Source: an uncultured virus (IMG/VR IMGVR_UViG_3300027801_000017) (Duplodnaviria > Heunggongvirae > Uroviricota > Caudoviricetes > Crassvirales). Taken from it: a DNA stretch of 64,000 bases. Position 1 is the stretch's first letter. Each line of letters begins with the position of its first letter. This document shows positions 9,890 through 20,847 of this stretch, one piece after another. The position numbers and the translations under genes were made by a program. Location: the IMG/VR virus record IMGVR_UViG_3300027801_000017, one strand, 5' to 3'. Under the pieces are notes generated by a model that worked only from the letters and a program-made list of their open reading frames with translations, searched no databases and had not been told where the DNA came from.

Positions 9890-10123
9890 CTAATCTGTAT
9901 CTAGTAAATCTCTCTTTAACCAATAAATAAGGTCTTGAGTTGCCTCTATAGATTCTTTTGGTGTAAGTAATAGTCCTAAGGTGTCATTAACTTTATCTAA
10001 TATGACAGATACCTGCTCACAAGTGAACATTTCTCGTTTCTTTCTGCTATATATAAAGTCGTATTTAACGTCTACATGGTAAGTTGCGGTCTGGGTATAG
10101 ATTTTTTTATCTTCTTGTTTCAT
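9890..10123 (-). CDS. Hypothetical protein
   Basis: 77 aa ORF coupled to the upstream gene. Confidence 0.5.
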   Translation of the reverse strand: MKQEDKKIYTQTATYHVDVKYDFIYSRKKREMFTCEQVSVILDKVNDTLGLLLTPKESIEATQDLIYWLKRDLLDTD

Positions 10124-10485
10124 TGTAATACTGATATTATTACTCCTGGTTTTTCTTTATCATATTCATACTTTTCAAATATAGGAATAATTTCTTCACA
10201 ATTATCATCATCTAGCCATTTGTTTTTAACCATCAAATCCTGCACTGTTTGACAAGGATTAATGTAATCAAATTTGTGTTTTGTTCCTCGGATAAATTTA
10301 AATGAAATTTTGTAGGGTTTTGACTTACCCTTTAGTAATTTTTTGAACTTTGCTTTGTTAATAAGATAATCTCCTTTTGTTTTAGAGATATATTTCATTG
10401 TTGTCTTAGAATTTATTAGCATTTTACCTGTCCATCTTTTAGAATTTTTACTAGAGGGTACGCTGCCAGGTATAAATATAGACAT
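10120..10485 (-). CDS. RusA-like Holliday junction resolvase
   Basis: IPGSVPSSKN, FDYIN, QDLM and DDDN acidic motifs. Confidence 0.7.
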   Translation of the reverse strand: MSIFIPGSVPSSKNSKRWTGKMLINSKTTMKYISKTKGDYLINKAKFKKLLKGKSKPYKISFKFIRGTKHKFDYINPCQTVQDLMVKNKWLDDDNCEEIIPIFEKYEYDKEKPGVIISVLQ

Positions 10486-10495
10486 GATAGTGATG

Positions 10496-10708
10496 CTATT
10501 TTCTTTTCATTCGTTTTAACATAATTTTTCCAGCACTACTTTCGTTCCTTATTATGTTTGGCATTCCCTCATCTTCCTCTGTATCATCCATATCCTCACC
10601 ACATTTACATATAGTTTCTAAGCAAACAACCTTACCATCTATTACCTGTATAGATAAGTTACTAACTTCTTTTTCGTATTTACAAGAATTACATTTATAT
10701 TTTGTCAT
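10496..10708 (-). CDS. Small zinc-ribbon protein
   Basis: YKCNSC...CKCG. Confidence 0.55.
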   Translation of the reverse strand: MTKYKCNSCKYEKEVSNLSIQVIDGKVVCLETICKCGEDMDDTEEDEGMPNIIRNESSAGKIMLKRMKRK

Positions 10709-11031
10709 TTAATTGACATTTTTAATAATAATAAGTATCCAATTATATCATCAACAGTATCTTCTGTTTTATCATTTATTCCTTTATTTTTTATTCTTGC
10801 CAATTTATCATCTAGTCTAGCGCATATAGCTTCAGTAGAATCTAACTTACTAAATATATTAGTAGGATTAAGAGCTGTATTGCCATAAGCTTTATTTTTA
10901 CTTATAAGTAAATTTGTTATATCTCTAGTAATTTTCATTAACTCAATATTAAAAGGATAGGTCTCTGGGTTATATCCATTTCTATCTTTCTCAAAGTACA
11001 ATTTATTATGAGCTTCTTCTTTCTTTGTCAT
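10705..11031 (-). CDS. Nucleotide modification associated domain 1 (DUF1599/Nmad1-like) protein
   Basis: KNKAYG, RLDDKLARI and DTVDDIIGY motifs. Confidence 0.75.
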   Translation of the reverse strand: MTKKEEAHNKLYFEKDRNGYNPETYPFNIELMKITRDITNLLISKNKAYGNTALNPTNIFSKLDSTEAICARLDDKLARIKNKGINDKTEDTVDDIIGYLLLLKMSIK

Positions 11032-11212
11032 TATCTAGTATTTTTATTAGTCCTTCTTGAGTGCTTAGGGGTTTAGCGTTTTTAGATTTTCTATATTCAT
11101 CTGGATTAAAAATAAGTTTAACCTCTCTTATTAAATTATCATCATTGTATTTAACAATCCATCTACTAGAGTGGTGCAGTTTATTTCTTTTTAAATGTGT
11201 TAAGTAGCTCAT
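11006..11212 (-). CDS. Hypothetical protein
   Basis: 68 aa ORF in the operon. Confidence 0.5.
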   Translation of the reverse strand: MSYLTHLKRNKLHHSSRWIVKYNDDNLIREVKLIFNPDEYRKSKNAKPLSTQEGLIKILDNDKERRSS

Positions 11213-11326
11213 AATGTAATTTTTTTATGGGTATTACCCGTTATTAAACATAAATAGTCTTGCTTAGTTGTATATACTCTTCTCCTGCAACTGGCATTAT
11301 GAAATCCTAATCTGTGTATAATGTAT

Positions 11327-11545
11327 CTAATATGCTTCATAATCGCTATCTTCATATTTATCTATATAACTTAATAGGGTTGATTGGCACTTTTGTAGTT
11401 GCTTATGAGATATTTGTAAGTCCACCTCCATAAGCCCCACATCAATCTTTGTTTTAAAATACATATATAAAGCTCCTATTATCATTCCTATTAATAAAGA
11501 TACAGATATACACAACAAAGGTTCTATCAAATTTGTATATTCCAT
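11327..11545 (-). CDS. Small membrane protein
   Basis: One N-terminal hydrophobic segment; downstream of the promoter at 11591. Confidence 0.5.
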   Translation of the reverse strand: MEYTNLIEPLLCISVSLLIGMIIGALYMYFKTKIDVGLMEVDLQISHKQLQKCQSTLLSYIDKYEDSDYEAY

Positions 11546-11590
11546 ATTGTTAATTTTGTAATGTTTTTATATAATCTACTTCCTTACCTG

Positions 11591-11622
11591 CAAAGTTAAA
11601 AATATAAACGCACTTTTCACAA
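11591..11622 (-). promoter_or_regulatory. Bacteroidetes-type promoter
   Basis: TTG-N21-TAACTTTG(C) on the minus strand. Confidence 0.55.
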
Positions 11623-11719
11623 TAAACATAGATTATTTTTTCTGTTTTGTGTTCTATTTTTTTTATACCTTTCTCAATAAGCATATTGTTTATATAAAAT
11701 TCATAGTGTTCTTTCATAT

Positions 11720-12202
11720 CTATTGTTTTAGTTTTTTAGTTTTAATAGTATCTACTCTAAAATGTTCCTTATATTCTTTTCTTGGTATAAGGACTAGCTG
11801 ACTTTGGTTATCATCTCCTCCTTTAACAATATGGAATTTATTTTTCTTTATTAAGGACTTTAAATCCGCTACCTTAATCATCCATAAATTATTGAATGGC
11901 AAATCTCTATACCAATACATAAACCATTCTGCCTCGGAGTGTGATACACCACTTGGCTTTCCTTTATATCTAATCTCTACAGCTATATTACCAGTGTCTT
12001 TAGGGTATACGTCTGTCTTTACTTCAAAAGAAACTTCTTTATCATGCTTTTCTGAATGCATCATTATATCATATTTATAATCATTATTAAGGTGTACCCA
12101 TTTCATACCCTGACACACAAGGTACATGGCTATTATTTTCTCTCCCTTTTGACCTTCCTCAAGGTCTTCCTTAAAATCACTTTTAAAATTCATGGTCATC
12201 AT
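11720..12202 (-). CDS. PD-(D/E)XK family nuclease
   Basis: GE...YDI...FEVKTD...TGNIAVE...PSG motifs. Confidence 0.7.
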   Translation of the reverse strand: MMTMNFKSDFKEDLEEGQKGEKIIAMYLVCQGMKWVHLNNDYKYDIMMHSEKHDKEVSFEVKTDVYPKDTGNIAVEIRYKGKPSGVSHSEAEWFMYWYRDLPFNNLWMIKVADLKSLIKKNKFHIVKGGDDNQSQLVLIPRKEYKEHFRVDTIKTKKLKQ

Positions 12203-13883
12203 TTTTTTCTACACAATACAAGTCATTATCAGGTAGGTGTCCTTCCTCTGTAAATCTTCCGTTCTGATGGTTATACCTAAAGTCAACCGCATCTATCTTA
12301 CCTAGGTGTCTAAACTTTACTTTCTGAACATGTATTGTTATTATGTTTTCTCTAAAATCTCTATAAACCGTTATACCATTATCCACTTGATTATAAAAAT
12401 GCGAACTACCAGCAATATCATATAGTGTCGGAACATCATACATCCCAGTATGATTCTTCATCATTTTCCTAGGGTGTGCTACTAGAAATATATGTATATC
12501 GTACTTTTGTTTAAAGATATTTAATCTTGTTAAAAGATTATTTATATATGTGGTTTCATTACCATGACCAAAATCATGAGATATTTTATTCCAAGGGTCT
12601 ATAATCATAGCGTTTATTCCATGCCTCATAACCAAACTCTTTGCAGCACTTAATATAGAATCTACACTAAATGTTTCGCTGTCGGGTCTTATCCAATGAT
12701 AGTGTTCGTTAATAAATTCCTTAGCGTACTCTAATTCTTGAGAATCCATTTGAGGATAATTAGGATTTACCCTGAAACATTTACCAATAAATTTCTCTGC
12801 TAAAACAGAGAAGTGTAATTCTATAGGGAAGTGTTCGGGACTAAACACCCCAAACTTCCAACCATGCCGACACGACAATCTCATACAGAGGTGTTCTAAA
12901 AAATGAGACTTACCATGAGTAGGTATGCCTGTTATAACTGTAAGTTGTGATGTAACAAAACTAAACACCTCATCAAAAGAACCTTGACCTATAGTTAGCC
13001 CTTTATTTAACCCATTAATATAAAGTCTATCAATATCATCTGATATAGAACTAATGCTAACCACCCCCTCTAAAGGGTAGGGTTGGGCATCAATTAAACA
13101 TTTTTCTAATTCTATTGAATTATATTTTGAAAGAACATCATTAGCATCTTTACATCCTTCAGGATAGTTAATCATGTAGCATTTATCCCTACCAATTCTT
13201 CTAGATAACTCTTTCTGTAATTCAACACCTGCCTCATCATTATCAGTGGCTAGGTAAACCTTCTTTATATTATTTATAATATCCTCACATGAGTCTAGGT
13301 AATTCATCTTTTTATTACCAGCTCCATTCGGTACGCTTATACAATTCTTATATCCTGCCTCCTCAAATGATAGTTTATCTATCTCTCCTTCTACAATTAT
13401 TATTTCTTCTGACTCCAATATATCATTAATACCATAGAATATTTTTTCAGCATCCTTAACCATTTTAAAGTTTTTACTACCATCTCTGTACTTAATGTTT
13501 ACTAATTCATCCCCCCTAAAATAATTAAATTGTATAGTGTTAATCTCTTTTAGTATTTGTGGCATATATGCCTTACCTTCTGTAACCTGATTTCTTATAA
13601 GCGTCTTTTGTGTTATACCTCTATCAGAAAACCATTCAACTAACTTGTCCGATAAATTTGTAGAGTTGCTCCATTTAGGCATTACATACTCTACATTTTT
13701 TTTTCTTTTATTTAACGAGCCATTCCATCCACAGTTATGACAATTCCAAATACCCTCATCTGCATTAACCGATAAGCATGGGTCTGACTTCTTCTTTCTA
13801 TCCTTAGAACATTTTGGACAAGTAGTTTTAAATTGTCCTGTTATTTTACCTTTTGTATTTATTCCGTAATCTAATAATATCAT
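12183..13883 (-). CDS. Primase-helicase (T7 gp4/Twinkle-like)
   Basis: CPKC/CHNC Zn finger, TOPRIM EGEID and DND, Walker A GIPTHGKS, IIDPW, VAHP. Confidence 0.92.
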   Translation of the reverse strand: MILLDYGINTKGKITGQFKTTCPKCSKDRKKKSDPCLSVNADEGIWNCHNCGWNGSLNKRKKNVEYVMPKWSNSTNLSDKLVEWFSDRGITQKTLIRNQVTEGKAYMPQILKEINTIQFNYFRGDELVNIKYRDGSKNFKMVKDAEKIFYGINDILESEEIIIVEGEIDKLSFEEAGYKNCISVPNGAGNKKMNYLDSCEDIINNIKKVYLATDNDEAGVELQKELSRRIGRDKCYMINYPEGCKDANDVLSKYNSIELEKCLIDAQPYPLEGVVSISSISDDIDRLYINGLNKGLTIGQGSFDEVFSFVTSQLTVITGIPTHGKSHFLEHLCMRLSCRHGWKFGVFSPEHFPIELHFSVLAEKFIGKCFRVNPNYPQMDSQELEYAKEFINEHYHWIRPDSETFSVDSILSAAKSLVMRHGINAMIIDPWNKISHDFGHGNETTYINNLLTRLNIFKQKYDIHIFLVAHPRKMMKNHTGMYDVPTLYDIAGSSHFYNQVDNGITVYRDFRENIITIHVQKVKFRHLGKIDAVDFRYNHQNGRFTEEGHLPDNDLYCVEKNDDHEF

Positions 13884-14224
13884 ATCACAACTTTTGTTTT
13901 TCCCTTATATTCATAAATTTTATTATTCCCTTTTAACAATTTCTTGTGTTTTTTAACACATCTTATTACTGGATAAATCTTCCTTGTTGAACGACCTTCA
14001 TCATCCTTACCATACTTAGCTTTAATAAATTTCTTATCCTTTAAGGATGTAATCCAATTACTAATGCTATTTATATGTACATTGTATGTTTGTGCAAAAT
14101 ATTTATTTGATGCAAAACAGAAGCCATCTCTTGATAAAGATAATATATCTCCATATAATATCTTAGCACCATGAGGTATATTACTGGTCTTTATATGGTT
14201 AGGTATTAGTATGTAATCTTTCAT
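13880..14224 (-). CDS. HTH replication-initiator-like protein (short)
   Basis: AKILYGDI, FCFASNKYFA and ISNWITSL resemble the N-terminal HTH of phage replisome organisers; start set at ATG 14224. Confidence 0.65.
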   Translation of the reverse strand: MKDYILIPNHIKTSNIPHGAKILYGDILSLSRDGFCFASNKYFAQTYNVHINSISNWITSLKDKKFIKAKYGKDDEGRSTRKIYPVIRCVKKHKKLLKGNNKIYEYKGKTKVVI

Positions 14225-14240
14225 AGTTTTAGTTTTAAAA

Positions 14241-14304
14241 AGGAAGGGACTCAATCAGTGGGTTGCTTTATCTGACTTTAGTTAACACCCTTGAGTCCCA
14301 ACCT
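14241..14304 (-). terminator. Long structured hairpin followed by a U-run (terminator/attenuator)
   Basis: GGGACTCAA...TTGAGTCCC stem with an inner GGGT/ACCC stem, then TTTTT on the minus strand. Confidence 0.5.
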
Positions 14305-14313
14305 ATTTAGTTA

Positions 14314-14574
14314 TTAAAATGGTAAATCATCATCTTGTTTGCTAACTACTTTTTTAGCTTCAGGTTTCCATGTGTCAACCTCAATATAATGAGTTTTACC
14401 GTACTGGTCTTCCTCTCTTTTCTTTACCACTTTTAATTTGATATACTTCTTACCATCATATTCAAATACATGTTCTTTAGGAATTTCTGTTAAACAAAGA
14501 CTACACACTACTTGGTCTCCATCAAATTTTTCAACTCCACTACCTACATAAATTCTTTCTGTTTTGTTTTCCAT
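14314..14574 (-). CDS. Putative ssDNA-binding protein
   Basis: Acidic DDDLPF C-terminus and DQYGKTH motif; lies in the recombination cluster. Confidence 0.6.
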   Translation of the reverse strand: MENKTERIYVGSGVEKFDGDQVVCSLCLTEIPKEHVFEYDGKKYIKLKVVKKREEDQYGKTHYIEVDTWKPEAKKVVSKQDDDLPF

Positions 14575-14624
14575 TTGTTTATTAATTTTATTTTTTGAAA
14601 CTATTATGGTTGTTTCGTTCACCT

Positions 14625-14924
14625 TTAGTTAATGCTTAATTGTTTGTAAAATTTACTAATCATCATTTTTGATTTTCTTGTTAATGTGTATAATCTTGAT
14701 TTATGATGCGCTCTCTCTCTAATCACTTTTAAGTATTCCTCTTTTACTAAAGAGAATAGTGCTAGTTTAAGTGTTGTTCGTGAGCATGGTACATAAGTAT
14801 CTAAAGATTTTCTATTGATATAATCATAATCATAAGCGAATAAAAGTATTTCAAATTCAGACCTAGATATTTCTTTATTCCTACACATCTCGTTAGCATA
14901 ATATCTGTACATAGCTAAACTCAT
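14625..14924 (-). CDS. Winged-helix (MarR-like) DNA-binding protein
   Basis: SRSEFEILL...LVKEEYL...SRLYTLT. Confidence 0.55.
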   Translation of the reverse strand: MSLAMYRYYANEMCRNKEISRSEFEILLFAYDYDYINRKSLDTYVPCSRTTLKLALFSLVKEEYLKVIRERAHHKSRLYTLTRKSKMMISKFYKQLSIN

Positions 14925-14931
14925 ACTTCAT

Positions 14932-15711
14932 TTATAAAATTCCTGTTTCATAATAATTTATTATATCATTATTTTCAGGTTTAGAATTAATAAAATATTT
15001 TTTATAGTCCATAAGAAGTGATGAATACTCCTCTCTACCACTAGCTATAAAATCATCAGAACAATAATACACGCCTATATTATATGGTGCTTTCTTTTCT
15101 ATGACTACAAATATAAATTCTTTTGCACCAAATCCATCTAAATAATATGCTGACTGTCTATTATACCCATACTTATAAGCGCTTCTTTTAAACCCCTCAA
15201 ATGATGAGTCTTGCGTGGTTTTAATATCAACAATAATATCATTGTTTAGTATATCAACTTTACCTTTACAATTAACTGATGATAGTGAGTCTTCCCAAAC
15301 CATAGGTACTTCTTTTTTACCTACTAGCAATTTAACAATATCTTCATTACCAACAAGAGCAGACTCCATGCCTTTGATACATTCAAATTCTATTTCTGTA
15401 ATAATATCTTTATCCTTATTTAATTCAGAAAATTCATCCCAAACCTTCCCTCTTTTAGTTTTACCATCATAGATAGCAACCTTACTAGAGAACACTTCGG
15501 GTTCTAATATAGCTAAATGAAATGCTCTACCAAAAGTCATAGCTGGTGTTGTAACGCTTCCTTTTTCAAAGTACCTAGCTAATTCTTTAGGACTTGATTT
15601 TAGTTTACCTAACATAGAGTTAGAAATAAATTTAGTATCAGAGTAATAAGCATCATCATTCGTAAACTTACTACAAGCGTTTATTATAGCTTGTTCGCTT
15701 AACGCACTCAT
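14932..15711 (-). CDS. RecE/exonuclease VIII-like PD-(D/E)XK nuclease (DUF3799)
   Basis: SNSML, FGRAFH...LEP, KGKVD, DIKTT and YNRQSAYY motifs. Confidence 0.85.
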   Translation of the reverse strand: MSALSEQAIINACSKFTNDDAYYSDTKFISNSMLGKLKSSPKELARYFEKGSVTTPAMTFGRAFHLAILEPEVFSSKVAIYDGKTKRGKVWDEFSELNKDKDIITEIEFECIKGMESALVGNEDIVKLLVGKKEVPMVWEDSLSSVNCKGKVDILNNDIIVDIKTTQDSSFEGFKRSAYKYGYNRQSAYYLDGFGAKEFIFVVIEKKAPYNIGVYYCSDDFIASGREEYSSLLMDYKKYFINSKPENNDIINYYETGIL

Positions 15712-16238
15712 TTCTTATCTACTTTAGGGTCTAACTCTACTGGCACTTCTTTAACACACTTACTAAGCTTATCTAGTTGTGCCTTAGTCATATCATATTT
15801 CTTCATTCTCATCTCTACAACATCTCCCTTACCCTCTTTACAAGCAGATAGCATAGCATCCATTATATCATTTGTCATCTTAACTTTATTAGAATTATTT
15901 ATTGCGTTCTTAACTTCTAATTCACTTGCAATAGAATTATCAATTCCAATACCTAGATTTCCTAATGCTCTACCCCAAGAACTTGTCTCGCAGTTTTCTA
16001 TAAAAGAAGTTTTATTTATAAAGGAAGAACTTTCTTTTTCATAGGCAGTTCCAGAAGCTATTAATCTATCGTTCTCATCAAATATACTAGCTTTCATAAC
16101 ACATCTAGTGTCATCTAATTCTATTATCTCTGATGTTAATGCCCAACTTTTAAAGTGTTCTCTAAAGTATTTAATTCTTTCATTTACCTCAACATATTGT
16201 TTACCTTTAATGTTGATTGTTTTCAATTTTGTTTTCAT
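15708..16238 (-). CDS. Single-strand annealing protein (Rad52/Sak-like)
   Basis: KGKQYVEVNERI and ENCETSSWGRAL motifs; paired with the exonuclease. Confidence 0.7.
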   Translation of the reverse strand: MKTKLKTINIKGKQYVEVNERIKYFREHFKSWALTSEIIELDDTRCVMKASIFDENDRLIASGTAYEKESSSFINKTSFIENCETSSWGRALGNLGIGIDNSIASELEVKNAINNSNKVKMTNDIMDAMLSACKEGKGDVVEMRMKKYDMTKAQLDKLSKCVKEVPVELDPKVDKK

Positions 16239-16613
16239 AGTTATCTGTTTTAGTTATTAATTTAGTTATTTGTTTTCATATTATATGTGTTCTTTACAAG
16301 TTGGACAAATTCTTATATTAGCTACATGACCGACAACCTCATCTCCGCAACAAGTTAATTCGTATTCAATATCTGCATAATCGTTTTCTTCTTGTGCGTC
16401 AGCAAAAGCCCTTCCCTTTTTATATATTTTTGAATAATTCATTTGAATATATTTCATAAATTCCTCCATCCAGTCTATCTTTTCTAAATTTGATTTGTTT
16501 ATGCTTATAGCCATTTTTAAAACACCTATTCTAGTATTTCTGATGTTAATGCCTAATGGTGCAGTTTCTTCATCTTTTTTCATAGTTATCTGCTTTAGTT
16601 ATTAATTTGTTTT

Positions 16614-16716
16614 GTAGTGGGGAGGAAACCACTCCCCCCCATTACTACCCCAACTGAAAAATTAAACGCTTTATGTAGGTCTTACCCTATATTAATTATT
16701 ATTGTTTGTTGGGGTA
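16614..16716 (-). ncRNA. Structured 5' leader of the recombination/replication operon
   Basis: TACCCCAAC/GTTGGGGTA stem enclosing a TAGG-GTAAGA-CCTA hairpin, plus a 13-bp G/C-rich hairpin with no U-tail. Confidence 0.45.
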
Positions 16717-16747
16717 TCTGTTTTAGTTTATATTAAATTCCATTTTT

Positions 16748-16778
16748 CAAAGTTAATATATTTTTTTAATTACACAAA
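16748..16778 (-). promoter_or_regulatory. Bacteroidetes-type promoter
   Basis: TTTG-N19-TAACTTTG on the minus strand. Confidence 0.7.
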
Positions 16779-18727
16779 TCTTATCACTATTTTTATTCAT
16801 TATCAGCTAAATAAGTTTTTCTTACTTTGTTTATTGCACCTGATACTTCAGGGAATAAAGGATGCCCTTGCATATAATTCTCTAAGAACCAAGAGTTTAC
16901 ACTCTTTAAGGCACTATGTAACCTATCACTATATTTTACAGCCATAGCCCTTTCATCTATATCTTCTAATAGTTCTTTTGATAAAGAATTGTTAAGATAT
17001 AATTCTATATTGTAGTCTTTATTTTTCTTAACAAACTCCACATAATCATGTTTATTTAGCTTATTATAATATCCTAAAATACCTGCCTTTAATGTGTATA
17101 TCTTAAACATAGCCACATCATAATTCTTCCCTCCATCATTACATAATACTACATACTTTTCTTTTTTCATTTTAATAATTTTTTAGTTTAGTTATTAGTT
17201 TTCTTGATGCCTCTATTAATTTTCCTTTATCTTCATTTTCTGTACTTGTAGACATTAATATAAAATTTATTACAAACTCTTTACATTCGTGTAATAGTAT
17301 TTTTTCATCTTGTTTATCCATCCATTTTTCTTTATTTTTTTCCATTTTGTTTTGTTTTGTTTTAGTTATTATTTGTCTTGTTTTATCTCCAATAAACTGG
17401 ACATATTATAAGTGTCCTCCATAATTTTTGCCTACAACATCAAATCTCCATTCACTTTCGTTATCTTTTTCATCTAACCCCCCATCATTATCCAATCCAA
17501 ATCCAAACTCATATTCTGCTTTTGATATTTTCTCATCTATCTCCTCAGTATATAAATCTTCATTATCAATTAGATACTCTTGCATATTATTATAGTCGTG
17601 TATCTCAGGCACTTCTACTTCTATCTCAGCGTATTTATGATATACACTTCTTTGCATAATTTTTACTTTCATTTTATTTAGTTTTAGTTAATAAATTTAT
17701 TTAGTTTTATGGTTAAATTCGTTAGATAATTGTTTTTTTATTCTTTCAACTAATTCATAAGGGGTAAAATTCCCCTCTTCAAATACTTCAATATCCACTC
17801 GCATTATTTCTTGCATTTTTTTAATCCTAGATATTGTATGTACTTTATGCGTTTCTAGTTCTACAATATAATCCATAAACGCTTGAACATAAAATTTTTT
17901 ATCAGTAGTTAATTCTTCTAAAAATCCCATATCAAAATACTCCATTCCATCACTTGCTTTTTCAAAATTTGTTTTCATTTTATTTAGTTTTAATTATTAA
18001 TTCGGTTGATGATAGTGATACTACTCTTCATATTTTCTTCTAGCATCTGCTTTTTCTTCCATAGTATTTTCTTCCATTCTTGCTTCATATTCGTTTTCTT
18101 CTTCGGGTTCTTCAAACCAATTATCACATTGATTACATACATACCCACTACATTTTGTTTTTTTATTACAAGAAGGGCATTTATTATCAAAATCTTCTAT
18201 TGTTAAATTATCTGCCCTAGAAGAAGGTACTACAACTGTAAATTTATTACATCTATACATCTCTACATTACAACAATCACTTATGAAACTATCCTCATAA
18301 GAACAACCACAACATCTACTTACATTTCCCATAGTTATTTAGTTTTTAATTAATAAATTTCGTGTGTTGTAGATATTCCTACATAATCATAATAAACCCC
18401 AATCTCAGAATGTATTACCCCATCTTCTCCAATACCTACAAGAAAAGCATTATCATCATCTTCAGATGCTTTATGGATTAATTCTTCTATATCTGTTACA
18501 TCTCCAAAATCATCATACCATTTTAAATATTCTGCCTCATAGATGAACATCTCAACTTCCCTAGCATCTTTTTGTCTGTGTCCTTTTGCAAGTTCAAACT
18601 CCTTATCTAGTTCATGTTCTTTTAGTATTTTCTCAAACTCTTTTTTGTATTTAGGTGCTATACCTAAAATCATTGTGCTTCTATATCCCATTTTATTTAA
18701 TTTTAATTAATAAATCTTTTTCTGTTT

Positions 18728-18820
18728 TTAATTTATATTCTTATTAGCATACTACTTAGTAGTATATGTTCACAATTAATTGTGTGAAGTGTTCACAATT
18801 ATTTGTAAAGGGTTGTATAA
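18728..18820 (-). repeat. ~92-bp non-coding element, copy A (iteron-like)
   Basis: Aligns with 25782-25873 in inverted orientation; TAATTG/ATG/A units recur with a 22-23 bp period. Confidence 0.7.
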
Positions 18821-20049
18821 TTATTTACACAAAGGTATATAATTATTTGTTATATTATTTTATTTACTCTTATATTTACCCATCACTCCATTATGAGTTC
18901 TTTGCAGTCCATACTTCTTAGTTCGTTTTTCAATATAAGTGTATTTCTTTTTTTCTGGGTACTTACTATTACTACACATATTTATACCAAACATCATAGC
19001 AAATGAACTTACTTCATCAGGGTTATACATTTTTTCTTTCATAGTTATATTTTTTTAGGTATTTGTAATATCATACTTATATATAAATCTTCATACTCAT
19101 CATACATTTCGTTATAATACTCTTGTGCTTCATCTGAAAATTTTATAGCATTTTCTTTTGTCTTATCCAAATTTGCCCAATCAACAAAAGTATCAGCACC
19201 AAAATTCATTTCAGTTATTTGGGTAGCCATTTCATCTATAAATTCCATCTCGTTAGGTTTCATTTCCATAGTTATTTAGTTTTAGTTAATTATTTCTAAA
19301 TTGTTTTCACTTATAAACTTAAATCTTTCTTCATCATTCTTAAACCATTGAACATCAATTATATCATCTTCATAAATTAAGTTTAGTCCATATATATATC
19401 CCTCATTATTATCATTCTCATCATATCCCATATCTTTTTTTATATTTTCCCACATTTCTAATTCTACTTTTTGTTTCTTTTCCATAGTTATTTAATTTTA
19501 ATGTTATAGTTATTAAATTCTTGATAGGTTTTTTATATACTCAATAGTTTCTTTTAAATCCTCAACACTATCATCTTTTCTATATTCTAACTCATCTGCA
19601 ATAAGCTCTTCAATCATCTCATCATTACTCATAGTTTTGCAAACGCTATGTTTATCAATATAAAGATTAAAAAACCAATCATTATATTCTTTTTCTAACT
19701 CATCTCTATCATAGTAAGATAAATAGCTTTCCTGTACCTGTTCCCATTCTTGTAATAAATCTTTCTTTTTCATTTTATTATTGTTTTAGTTATTAAATTA
19801 TTTTTGTTTTTTAGTTAGTAAGGAATAAAGCCCTCATCTAAAATTTCTAAGTCAATATGATTGGGGTTTATTTTATCCCAATTATTTGTTTTGTAATATC
19901 CTTGATTATCAAATCTTTTACGAAATTGAGTTATAAATTCCTTAGCTTCCTTTTTTGTGTTATAAGTATCGGCACTAGCAAATATATTATCAGTATAATT
20001 AAACACTACATACTTTGTTTTCATAGTTTTATTTAGTTTTAGTTATTAA

Positions 20050-20202
20050 TTATTTTCCACAACCAGCGTTCCAACCCACATAGGCAGGACTACTACCACA
20101 ATCGTTATATGTTCCACAACTTGATAGCCCTAGCACTATTATTATTCCTATTAGTATAGTTATTAGCACTACATTTCTTGATTTTTTATCTTCTTTGCTC
20201 AT
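20050..20202 (-). CDS. Small lipoprotein (50 aa, not in the ORF track)
   Basis: MSKEDKKSRNVVLITILIGIIIVLGLSSC-GTYNDCGSSPAYVGWNAGCGK; lipobox LSSC; shared leader upstream. Confidence 0.7.
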   Translation of the reverse strand: MSKEDKKSRNVVLITILIGIIIVLGLSSCGTYNDCGSSPAYVGWNAGCGK

Positions 20203-20847
20203 AGTTTTATTTGTGTTTAATTAATATTTATTCATTTTTTTCAAGTAATTCTTCTACTTCCTCTATATCTAAATCATCTACATCATAATATCCCATTATT
20301 TCGGTAAGTTCAATGTCATCTCCTTTTATTTCAATACCTTCTTCTAAATTTGTTCCATCTATATCAAACATAACATTTCTAACACTCACTTCTCCATAAT
20401 TATCTGTTGAAAAAATTCTATCTTCAACTTCCCATTCAGAAACTTCTTCATTAGGTGGTTGATGATAGTGTTCGTTATCTTGTTGTATTAAATAGACAAT
20501 CATAAGTCCTATAATTGTCGGTACTGCTATTAGTGTTCCCATAGTTTTATTTAGTTTTAGTTATTTGTGAATGTTTTTTCCAATAAGATATAAAATTATC
20601 TATATTATCTAAAGGTTTTTTTGTATCTGCATAATGTAGATGCGTAGTATTAATCATATCTACTAACACATCAATATTCTTTTCTAATTTTTCCAAATCA
20701 TCTATTAAGAATTTTTGTAATCTAGTTTCCATTTGTTTTAGTTTTAGTTATCAATGAGTAGGTTGCTCTTACTCTATCGGTTATTAGTTTATCTAACGCT
20801 TTCAATCTTTCAATCTCTAGCTTATACCATGCATATCTTTCTTTTGT

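Noticed and set aside
10705..11031. A DNA hypermodification system around the Nmad1-like gene
   Set aside because: No kinase, transferase or thymidylate-synthase-like partner was recognised in the window
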